This document shows positions 21,849 through 33,057 of a stretch of 45,526 nucleotides of DNA, one piece after another. The number at the start of each line of letters is the position of its first letter. The stretch's first letter is position 1. The notes beneath the pieces are model-generated. The model made no database searches, was not told where the DNA came from, and saw nothing but the letters and a program-made list of their open reading frames with translations. The stretch is from Nemertoderma westbladi. Its lineage: Eukaryota > Animalia > Xenacoelomorpha. A program made the translations under genes and the position numbers. The DNA is taken from contig JAUCBJ010000039.1 of the NCBI GenBank assembly GCA_032718475.1, positions 1-45,526 on the forward strand, in the 5' to 3' direction.

Positions 21849-24800
21849 TCAGTCCGGAATATTTACGGGGAGCTCGCTATCGGTTTCAGTCTCATACGTA
21901 AGCGCTCGATACACCGCGGTGTTTATCATATAGCAGGATTCGTTTTTGTCGGAGAATTCGTCCGTGTAGAATCCTTCCATCTCAGAACTTTGGTCAGTGT
22001 CGTTCACATCACTGAATTGGACATGTAGTTCGGACTCACTTACCTGACTCGGGCTGTTTCTTTCGAATACGGTGTGCAACAAGATATGATGTTTCGCGCC
22101 GCACTTAGCACACCTTGCATCGGAGTAACAGGTTCGCCATTGGTGTCCTTGTCTGAGACAATTATAACACAACCGCTTATCCCACATGACTTCGCGTCTA
22201 TCTTTTAGGGATTTCTTTAGGAATTCATCACACACACTTAAACGGTGGGGCCCGTCGCACAATGCACATTTTGGTTTGATGTTACTTACTTTACCTTGGG
22301 TAGTGTTGTGCACACTCGTTCTTTCCTCGGGCTTTCTTCCATGAATTCTCTTAGGAGACGTAGGAGGAGTTTTTGTTACCTGTTCTCTCCTGTCACTAGT
22401 TCGAGACTTAAATTTACTTACGTCCTTAGGCGCTTTGTTGACATAGTAAGATCTTTCGGTGTCTTTCCCGTTGTTCTCCTCTTGAGAGGCCTGGCTTTCG
22501 CCATCGTCTGTATAACACACTGGTGTTACCTTTCTCCTAGAAACGGGTTTCTCACTTACCTTATTTTCCGGTGTCTTCTCTCTGGACTGCTTTAGGAGCT
22601 GTAATTTTACCTCTCCATCCAAGAATGACATGAGATCAGCCATGGTAGGGTCTCTTTGTTGTTGTTCCATCATATATAGAACTCTTTTGTCCCAACGAGT
22701 ACCCACTCCACCCTTTGGCAAGGTAGATGCTACAGCTCCAATAACCATAGAACTCTGATATTCATGAGACTTACCTAGCCAATCTAATTGTCTACAAATC
22801 TCCTGGATCTCATCGGAAAATTCTATAATCCCGCTGCTAAGAAACTTTCGAGGCGCTACCAATTTCGCATACAAATACCTAGCTATGTTATTCCTATTAC
22901 CATACCTGATGTTTAGTGTATCCCAAACTTGTCTTAATCCATCTGGATGTCCAATAAACTTTAACGCCATTAACTTGGGAGATCCTTCCAAGCACTCGAT
23001 GAGGAATCTAAGTTTCTCTCCGTTAGATAGCACAGAGTTCTGTATGTTATCTTTATAATATTCATTAAAAGGTAACCATTTCATCTCATCTCCGTTGAAC
23101 TTGACGATCTCTCCCACCTTTACCGCTTGACGGGCTTCGGTTCTAGCCATTTGACGCGTAAAACTTTCTTGGGCCATCGTATTATTTAATATCGAGTTAT
23201 CGGTATATAAATTTCTCGGATTATGATCAGGTCTATATGAAATATCATTATTAACAGGTTTATCGTTACCCTTAATAGGGTTTACTATAGGAGTTTCTAC
23301 TTCACTAGCAGTATAGATGTGTGTAGGTTCCACACCTTTTGCATGAAATACTTCAGACCTAACAGGTTGACACATTGTTACAGAGGGTGGTGGTATACCC
23401 TTTTGTATATTTACTAACTTATCGCGTTCTAGGCGTGAATTTAGAGTTAGGTTCTGGAAGTACAGGGGTCTCTATCACAGAAGGGGTGGCTTCGAGAACA
23501 GGCCTAATTATTTCAGGCCCATCTACTATAGTAGGGAGTCTTTCTACTCTTATAATTTGGTCTGTGGGTTCTGTACTACCTAAGTCTGCACTAGCTAGTT
23601 GCCTTCTCACAGCTGGGGGCAAATTAGGCAATTTCTGATGGTGAGGCGTTCTTCTACGTCTGCTGGAACGAGATCTATTTCCTCCGCCTTCAGGATCTGT
23701 TGTATCGCCTTCATCAGATGATGTAAATCCCTGTCTCTTGGGAGTAGATCGACTTATCATCTGCATATACTTAGCTGTTCTTTGTTTATTGAAATAATCT
23801 TGCTTCTCTTGAAGATTTTCCAACTCTAGTTGGATTGTCTCTTCAGATGCTTTCCATTCTGCTTCTACCACTGCCTCTGCCGCCTTTCTTTCCGCTTCTG
23901 CCGCTGCTACCTTTCTTTCAGCTTCTGCCGTTGCAGCTGCCGCTTTTCTTTCCGCTGCTGCTGCCGCTGCTGCTTTTCTTTCAGCCTCTGCCTCTGCCGT
24001 TGCAGCTGCCGCCTTTCTTTGAACTTCTGCCGCTGCCGCTGCTGCTACCTTTCTGTCTTCTATCCGTTTTTTCTTTAATTGTTCTTCCTGTTCCCTAGCG
24101 AGGAGGATGCTTTCATCAAATTTAGCCTGCTCTGCGACTAACATTTCCGCATCTAATGCGTCTAACACAAATTTGGCTCCTTCACTAGTAGGGTGAAGTC
24201 AAGCCAGCCGTCTCCTCAACTCTTTGTCACCTATAAATCGTTGATAGTCCGACAGATAGATGTCAATAGCGTCCTTCTTCTGAGGTTTCTCCAATGTCGC
24301 TTCGCTTTCCACTTGAGAAAAGGTAGCGTCTGTTGATTCTCCGTGGGTTGAGCGCTCAGTTAGCTGAGATTTCCACTGGGCCGTTCCTTGAACCTTGAGA
24401 CCCACCCGCTGGAACCAAGTCTTTACGGCAACTTGCAACGACGTGTCTTGGCTTCTTTTCGAGGCTTCCTCAAAGGCCGATAGGATTAGTCTGATTCTTA
24501 GGATACGTTCTCGAACTTGATAAAGCAGCTCTCCCTGCTCTTGAGGTCCTTGGGGTTGTTGAAACAGTTGTTCCTCTAATCGCTCCAAAGAGCTGAAGAA
24601 TCCCTGTACATATCCTGCTGCCGACCTCTTCCACACAGCTGGATCTCTAGTGTGCCTTACCACTCCCATCCTGTATAAGTCCTCCCAGGCAGCTTCCGAT
24701 AAGTTAAACGGGAGTCCGGGTCCGGGGAAGTTCCATTGCGTCTCGACAATGGACTTCAGTTCCTCCTTCGTGTATCCCGCATAACTGTCCTTGGTCGATC

Positions 24801-25227
24801 GCTTACTTCTCGCCCAATCAATTTGATGTTCCTCCACCGCAATCAATACTCTAGTGAGTACGGCTTCAGGAAGAATGAGAAGTGGATCCGAATAAACTGC
24901 ATCTGCCATCTTTGCTCCGCGCTCGGGTGGCAACTCTACAGTATCTGAACTACTGGAGCTATCGGTCCGCTGAGAAATAAGTTCTCTGCTCGGGTGTTGC
25001 TGCTGTTTAACAGCTGCCTCTTGGTCCCGCTTGACTTGAGCCCGAGTGCCTATGATAGACCTACGGTGCTTTACTAGCCTAGGGTCTGATACTACTACTG
25101 GAGGGATGACCTTTCTTACAGTAGGAGGGGACTTGGACTTTGGTCTCAAATGTTCGGCACTCCTGTCGGAGTCGCAGACTGTTTTTTCTAGGAGACTATC
25201 TGACAGAGTTTGCTTTGTGTCAGCCAT
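21849..25227 (-). pseudogene. gag: BEL/Pao gag of element 1: long N-terminal extension, Ala/Glu/Lys coiled-coil repeat, capsid-like region, three zinc knuckles
   Basis: In-frame TGA at 24199-24201; ~275-bp deletion near 23430 relative to element 2; FNGD..KW..F, L...YG; CALCDGPHRLSVC, CYNCLRQGHQWRTC, CAKCGAKHHILLH. Confidence 0.93.
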
Positions 25228-25362
25228 GTTTGATTGTACAGTTGAATGCCTACTACTATAACGACAGTTAAAGCAAGTCTAGTAATTCAGTATCAACTGT
25301 TAGCCTAGTAATTAATTACCGATATCGTTACTCTATGTAACGTGATATATATACAATATATT

Positions 25363-25742
25363 AGAATACCGGTATACACTTATAGTATATAATATAAGTA
25401 TTATTACATACTAGGGTTCGTCACAGAATACCGGTATATAATTTCAGCACAAATATATATAAATATATAATAAGCCTACTGTGAATACCAGTATACAGCT
25501 TACACTTATAGTATATATAAGTATAATTATAGACTAGGGTTCGTCACAGAATACCGGTATATAATTTCAGCGCAAATATATATAAATATATAATAAGCCT
25601 ACTGTGAATACCAGTATACAGCTTACACTTATAGTATATATAAGTATAATTATAGACTAAAATTAATTACAGAATACTGGTATATAATTTCAGCATAAAT
25701 TTATAGAAATAAATATAATAAGCCTATCGTAAATACCGGTAT
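25363..25742. repeat. Tandem repeat in the BEL 5' UTR, ~123-bp unit x3, each with two gaatacc(g/a)gtata subrepeats
   Basis: Repeated cacttatagtata...ctagggttcgtcacagaataccggtatataatttcagc...aagcctactgtg. Confidence 0.85.
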
Positions 25743-27263
25743 GTCAATTATTTTATAATAACTGAATTTCTGAATTTTAGGGTTACTTTTCTTTACTTGA
25801 TTACCGTTATTTAAGCAGTAGTCCAACTGATATTAAGACCTAATTGATGTATGACAGACCTACTATTTTATAAATCGGTTTGAGTTGATTTATAATATAT
25901 ATATATACCCTTATAATGGGTTTTTTGACAATATTTGAAATAAATGTTATTATTTCTGGTAAGGAGTCACTACACAGAAGCTGTACGCTCTCAGTGAAGT
26001 GCTACTTGTTGGACACTAAAGCAAATAATTCTACTTGACTAAGTTACTTATTACTACAAATTATGTACAATTACGGGTGAGATTACAATCTCTAAATAAA
26101 CACAAAAATTACACGTACAAATTTTAGGGTAATTTTACAGGAAATCTACAAACCAGCCTAACAAGGGGTTAGAGTTTCTGGTTATTACAACGGACAGGAT
26201 ACTACGGTATTTGAAAATAATAAAGCAGTAGAAAATAAATTGCATTGTCCAGATAAGAAAATACCACCGTCTGACGACTTATAGTCTTTAGCTGTACAGC
26301 TCTATAAGTACTACATTATGTACCCAGAATGTCCCTACCTAGAAGTTAATTACCGCAGCCAACCAGAGCTAACGTGCCTATTAACCACTTTACAACACAA
26401 ATATACTGCCTACACACTAATTACCTTCGGAAAGCACTGTACACTAAACCCTAAATTAGGTACAAGTACTTATACAACAAATAACCAGCAGTTAGATATA
26501 CTTGTACAGCTAAAAGAACCACGGTATCTGTTGGAGTGACTAGAGCATAAAATCACCAGTCTTTACCTACACCAAACAGCCCTGATGTAGTACCGGGTTA
26601 ATTTAACTATAACGGTATGTATAACAAGCACAATTACTGTAGGAATAAACTTAGGGAGTTATGTATGTTGCGAATAATTGCATAAACTCTGAATAATAAA
26701 TATTACGCTACCCGTACAGACTACACAAACAAAATACAAACCAAATGCTGGCAGACTACTATCAAGCCTAAATAAACTACAGTATATGCAGACTCCGAAA
26801 TGGTTAGTTAGTATGCATTCTAACCGAGTTGTACGACTTATTCTTTCGGAGGGGATTTACCTTACAACACTGGATGCCCCCACCTTCCTAACTAGTATTT
26901 TATCGGACATACACTCTACACACACTGCAATCTCTTCGGACCTGACAACAGCCAGACAACAATCCAGCCTACAAATTATTTGTACAATTTGAGCGGGCTT
27001 ACATGCCTTCTGCTCAATATAAACTTACAGATAAATAAAACTGACAGAAATAAATAAGCTCCAAAAGAAACAAGGGGTGTACAGTCCCTAATCTTTTAAA
27101 CAGCCTAGCAATATACAATATCACAATCGAAATAATACTAGTACCTGTACTGCTGTAAGTACTGGTTCGGGTGGTTAGGCAGTCAGGCCTACAGGTTACC
27201 GGTCGACCGGTACTTTCGACTTTATTGCCTACGTTGCAATAAAGAAACTAGAATAACTGTTAT

Positions 27264-28462
27264 TGTTCGTGCTTTTAGACCTTTAGCAGTTTAACCTGCC
27301 AATTTTAGGTGTCTTCTAGTTTATAAATCGACTTTAGCCTATAACAAGTATTTGGTGCACATAAAGTTACATTAGCCGAAGCCAGTCTATGCGCGACCAT
27401 TCACCCACTGTTAAGGGAGACTGGATTCGGATGCTCTGACCTTATTGCGGTGTAGACTTACTGTATTATTCGATTGCTCGTTACTATAATATCTCTTACA
27501 AATATTATTCACTTTCGGGAAATATTAACAGTTCCTTTAGGACGTGGCGCTCTAAGTATGTAAACAGAATTATGACTTACACTAAACACAACGGGATGGC
27601 TAATGATTTTCGTATAAAGCGCATTCTTTAGGAAATGCTTTGTTATCGGTCACACTCCTGCACACTACCGCACACTGCTGCACACTGATCTGCCGTCCTT
27701 CACTAAATTTGATCATATATAAGGAGAATAGCAACTGACACATGTAGGGATTATGAAATAGCATTCAATTCACTCCAAAACCACTATAATGTAAGTCGCA
27801 GTTGCTACAGGTAACTGGTCCCTCTTACCTTCAGTATATCAAGAAGATTGGGGTTTTATGATTATTTATCGATATTCTCCAAATATAACAACATATCCAT
27901 CAACTTATAACAATTAATAACCGACAGTAAACAGAAGTAAAATAATGCGGTGAAAGTTGGGTAGGACGTAATGCATTGAGTTGACTGGACTGTACCGTGA
28001 TAACAGTTATACGTTCCTATAATCAAAGCCGCCTAATGTTTGGCTAAAGTCTGAAACTCAGAATAATTCCAAAGCCGATGTTCTGGGGCTCAGGAAAAGG
28101 TAAACAAAAACCGTCATGCATTGCGCGATTTCCCGTAGGCTTCTGTGCAAAATAAAATGAAAATCGCTCTGATTGGTCGAGTGAGCCGAACAAAGAGAGT
28201 TAAGAAAGCTCCACATCGACATTAAATCAGCTGATAGATTTCGTCATCTGAATTACACTGTGTTAAGAGTATTTGGCGTATTGCGGCATAAAATGGCTTG
28301 TTATGTCCGCTAAAGTACACATACAGAAAAAATGGCTTTTTATGTCCGCTAAAACACCTACACAGTACTTTGCGGGAAAAATGGCTTGTTATGTCCGCTA
28401 AAACAACTAAACAGTTCATTGCGGAGAAAAAATGACTGGTTATATCCGCAAAAGCCTTTACA
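27264..28462 (-). repeat. 5' LTR of BEL element 1 (1199 bp)
   Basis: Direct copy of 1793-2990; followed on plus by TSD GGCGG. Confidence 0.97.
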
Positions 28463-28544
28463 GGCGGTTACAGATGGGGGGACGTTTTATGGTACCACTG
28501 ACACTCCCAAACTCACATTATAAATGCTGCGTATCAACATTATA

Positions 28545-30000
28545 GGTTATATTGAAAAATATCGAGACATGAAAAATATCGAGAGTAAAAATAACGAGAG
28601 TAAAAACATGGAGTGTTGAAAAATAACGATAATATCGAGAGTTCAAAAAATATCGAGAGTAAAAATATCGAGGGTAAAAATATCGAGAGTAAAAATACCG
28701 AGTGTTGAAAAATATCGAGAGTAAAAATATCGAGAGTAAAAATATCGAGTGTTGAAAAATATCGAGAGTAAAAATATCGAGTGTTGAAAAATATCGAGAG
28801 TAAAAATATCGAGTGTTGAAAAATATCGAGAGTAAAAATATCGAGTGTTGAAAAATATCGAGAGTAAAAATATCGAGTGTTGAAAAATATCGAGAATAAA
28901 AATATCAAGTGTTGAAAAATATCGAGAGTAAAAATATCGAGTGTTGAAAAATATCGAGTGTTGAAAAATATCGAGTGTTGAAAAATATCGAGTGTTGAAA
29001 AATATCGAGTGTTGAATAATATCGAGAGTAAAAATATCGAGTGTTGAAAAATATAGAATGTTGAAAAATATCAAGAGTAAAAAAATCGATAGTAACAATT
29101 TTTTTAAATAAGGGTTGTATGATAATTTTTTTTACTAAAAATGTTCTAGAACAACAATATTTATCAACATTTGGTAGCTTATACAGTACATGTTCTAATA
29201 TAATATTTAACAATATTTATAATATTTATCAAAATTTATAGCTAGCACTTCTTTTATAATATTTATTAAAAAAATAGCAAAACCTAGCTAGTACTGTATA
29301 ATAAATCTGGTAAATGGGTACCCAAGGTGTGTTACATAATGCCATTCACTTGCACTTGCACTGTTGTAACCCATGCACTGCAATATTGTTCCATAATTCT
29401 AAATAAAATGCTCAAGCAAAATGCAATATTTTTAACTCTCGATATTTTTCAACACTCGATATTTTTCAACACTCGATATTTTTCAACACTCGATATTTTT
29501 ACACTCGATATTTTTCAACACTCGATATTTTTCAACACTCGATATTTTTACTCTCGATATTTTTGAACACTCGATATTTTTACTCTCGATATTTTTCAAC
29601 ACTCGATATTTTTACTTTCGATATTTTTCAACACTCGATATTTTTACTCTCGATATTTTTCAATACTCGATATTTTTACTCTCGATATTTTTCAACACTC
29701 GATATTTTTACTCTCGATATTTTTCCACACTCGATATTTTTACTCTCGATATTTTTCAACACTCGATATTTTTACTCTCGATATTTTTCAACACTCGATA
29801 TTTTTACTCTCGATATTTTTCAACACTCGATATTTTTCAACACTCGTTATTTTCGATATTTTTCAACTCGCGTTATTTTTACTCTCGATATTTTTTAATC
29901 ACGTTAATTTTCAACACTCGTTATTTTTACTCTCGATATTTTTACTCTCGTTATTTTTACTCTCGATATTTTTCAAGTCTCGATATTTTTCACCATTACC
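28545..30000. mobile_element. Non-autonomous foldback-type TIR element; ~550-bp arms built of 15/17-nt tandem modules; 8-bp TSD ACATTATA
   Basis: Left arm (aaaaatatcgagtgttg / aaaaatatcgagagt)n at 28545-29090; reverse-complement arm at ~29430-30000; ends GGT...ACC; acattata at 28537-28544 and 30001-30008; AT-rich non-coding spacer. Confidence 0.88.
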
Positions 30001-30275
30001 ACATTATACATCAAATGAAATCATTTTCAAGAAGGATTTCAGAACTGTTATTGTTTTACCGAGGTAACAATTATCACAGTGAGGCTTAACTTGGTTTTTG
30101 GCAAAGGTTGGACCCCATTCATGTAAACAAGTTTTTTGAGCTTAGTTAGTCCCCTAATGTAAAAATTGACAAAAAAATAAAATATTTCATGGGTGGCTTT
30201 TTAAATTAATACTATTTAAGTAATTATTTAACACTAATCGTATTTCAACACTTACTCCCCCAAACATATTGACAG

Positions 30276-31448
30276 TGTAAAAGCTTTTGCGGACATAACA
30301 AGTCATTTTTTCCCGCAATGCCCAGTGTAGGTGCTTTTGCGGACATAATAAGTCATTTTTGCCGCAATGCGCAGAATACTCTAAAATGGCCCTGAATCCC
30401 CTACGTTCCCCCACGTATTCCCCTACGTGACGGGAAGAGATTGGAGCTCAGATGACGAAATCTGTCAGCTGATTTCCTGTAGACGTGGAACCTCTTTGTT
30501 CTGCCTATTCAGCCAATCAGAGCGATTTTCACTTTATGTTGGACAGAGGCCTATGGAAAACCTCGCAATGCATTACGGTCTTTGTTTACCTTTTTCTGAG
30601 CCTCAGAACCGGCTTGGAATTCTTCTGTACTTCTGTTGTGGAAGTTTCAGACTTTGGCCTAGAACATCTGATGGCTTTGATTACAAGAACGTAAAACTAT
30701 TAACGCATCACACCGCAATTCAACATTGCTGCACATGGAACACTGCATAAGTAACACATACTGACTGTTCAACGCATTATTTTACTTCTGTCATTAATTG
30801 TTGTTATGTTAATGGATATTGTTGTTATATTTGGAGAATACCGATGAATAATCTTAAAACCCCAATCTTCTTGATTACTGAAGGTGAGAGGAACAGGTTT
30901 ACCGGTAGCAACTGCGACTTACATTATAGTGGTTTTCGTGTGAATTAAATGCTATTTCATAATCCCTACGTGTGTCAGTTGCAATCCTCCTTATATATGA
31001 TCAAATTCAGTGACGGTCGGCAGATCAGTGCGAAGTAGTGTGAAGTCGTGTGAAGTAGTGTGAAGGTTAATAAAGCATCTCCTAAAGAATGCGCTTTTTA
31101 CGAAACTCTGTGGCCATCCAGTTGTGATTAGTATAGTTCATAACTCTGTTTTTATACTTAAAGCGCCACGTCCTAAAGGAACTGTTAATATTTCCCCGAA
31201 AGTAAATATATTGTCAGAGATTATATAGTAAGGATCAATCGAATAATACAGTAGGTCTACACTGCAATCACTATCAAAGCATCCGAATCCAGTCTCCCTT
31301 AACTGTGGGTGAAAGGTCGCGCACAGACTGGCTTCGGCTGATGTAACTTCAGTACACTAGGTAATTGATATAGGCTAAAGTCGATTTATAAACAAGAGGA
31401 CAACTAAAATTGGCAGGTTAAACTGCTAAAGGTCTAAAAGCGCGAACA
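30276..31448 (+). mobile_element. Solo LTR of the same BEL family (diverged subfamily), opposite orientation
   Basis: TGTAAAAGC...CGCGAACA; 5-bp TSD GACAG at 30271-30275 and 31449-31453; colinear with the reverse complement of the element 1 LTRs. Confidence 0.95.
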
Positions 31449-31506
31449 GACAGGTTTATTTTGCTCCATTGGTGTCACTTTGTATACAAAATAAAACAAT
31501 TTCAAA

Positions 31507-31829
31507 TTTCATGGGTGGCTTTTAATATAATGCTATTTAATTATTTATTTAATACTAAATATTATTATTTATATATATACAGTATATAAGCTCATTGTTT
31601 ATACAATGATTAAGGTCTAGATTAACATTTAACAAAGGATGTTACCCCATTCATGAAAACAAGTTTTTTTGCTCTAATCATGTCTCAATGAATAAAATAT
31701 AAAAAATTAGAAAGTTTCATGGGTGGCTTTTAATATTACAACTATTATATTATTAAATTAATACTAAATATTATTATTTATATATATACAGTATATAAGC
31801 TCATTGTTTATACAATGATTAAGGTCTAG
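31507..31829. repeat. Imperfect ~210-bp tandem duplication, with a related unit at ~30100-30240 on the other side of the solo LTR
   Basis: tttcatgggtggctttt recurs at ~30185, ~31507 and ~31715; ccccattcatg.aaacaagtttttt at ~30113 and ~31645. Confidence 0.7.
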
Positions 31830-33057
31830 CGTAGATCAGCAGTTGTAAGATATGGACCAGTCCACAATCTTCATAAAAAATCCCATATTTTCGAACATTT
31901 TATCTATATTCTATGTATTTATTTAAGTTTTTTTATTAACCCCATTAATATAATTCCTTCACTGGTGGGTGGTCAGTAACATTGTATCAATAATCATTGT
32001 ACAATCATAATCATAATCAATCGCCTATAATTATATGCGATTCTATCAGCTTTAACGTTGGTTACAGGAGGGGACAGTTTATGGTTTTCTCTCCGATCTG
32101 AGGCTCTTCAAACCAACATATCTTCAAACGTTTTCGATGAATTTGTATAATTGTTTATGTGTGTTACAGCTGAATAATTACAGATTCTTTAAAAAAAATG
32201 TCAAGGTGTGCCACTAACCACAATTGCCGTTATTCAATTTTTGCCATTGGGGACAGTTTTAGTGGTGTAGTAGAAAATAAAATGTTCCAGGATCTCCTGT
32301 ATGCTAACTAATACATCTACAGACTATGATGTTTCCTAAAATTTAAAGACAAATTTTCGAGCTTTCATTTGGTATATAACATATTAACTTTTATTGACAT
32401 CAGATAGAAACTAGACCTCCTTATTTAACTGCTCCTATAGTCATTATTTTGTGAAAACATCACGTTTTCCGTGGTTTTTGACGATATCAAGCACAATTTA
32501 ATGCCATTTATTTACAGTAGCGTTTAGCAAACATGGTTTCCTAGATTCCTGATGAAAATGTCTACCTATAACATTTTATTTCATGAGATTTCATTCAGTA
32601 GAATGGAATTACACTCACTTTTTTGTAGGCCTACTGTATGTTTTGGTCACTTTTCTGTATATTGCTCCATACATTGTTTAAGGGCTACGGAACGCAGGAA
32701 CTTATACTACAAAATTCATCAAAATTGTTGATGTAGGCATACAGAATAATACATCAAAAGACAGCATTTAAAAGGCGATTTCAGAACTGTTATTGTTTCA
32801 CCGAGGTGCCAACTTATGTATGTGGGGGTAGCTACAAGCGTTTAAAAAAGTGTTTCCGGCGATATTGCACCAGTTACACCGCAGTTATTCTTCAACCTCA
32901 TAATGATTTGCTGGTACTTTGAGAAAGCTGGCCGTGCGAGGATTCCAAATATGTAACACAATCTGAAAAGGATGTTATATGAGCGTTCAACAGTGTTGCA
33001 TTTTTAATCATACTGTATGCCTAGTATTATTACCGGTACGTAGCTATTCATACCTAA

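Larger units (their letters stand above)
1793..28462 (-). mobile_element. BEL/Pao LTR retrotransposon, element 1: full length, decayed, with three nested insertions (~15.5 kb once they are removed)
   Basis: Two ~1.2-kb direct LTRs (minus strand TGTAAAGG...CGAACA); 5-bp TSD GGCGG at 1788-1792 and 28463-28467; domain order Gag-PR-RT-RH-IN; BEL-type triple zinc knuckle. Confidence 0.97.

Noticed and set aside
22245-24098. Plus-strand ORFs antisense to gag (also 43196-45398)
   Set aside because: Shadow frames of the minus-strand coding sequence and Ala repeats, with no recognisable motifs.
20247-24201. Programmed frameshift or readthrough in element 1 gag-pol
   Set aside because: BEL elements normally have one ORF, element 2 is open across the shared positions, and RT has YMDG instead of YxDD. 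This is decay.
28540-29898. ORFs with LDIF/NTRYF/HSIF repeats, and a superficial CRISPR-like periodicity
   Set aside because: They are translations of stop-free 15/17-nt tandem modules. There are no unique spacers and no cas genes, and the context is eukaryotic.
31830-33057. Possible host DNA-transposon remnant continuing from ~1300-1792 and 28463-28544 (shared ggttacag...gggac and gatttcagaactgttattgttt motifs)
   Set aside because: Probably repeat-derived, but I could not define termini, TSD or coding sequence.
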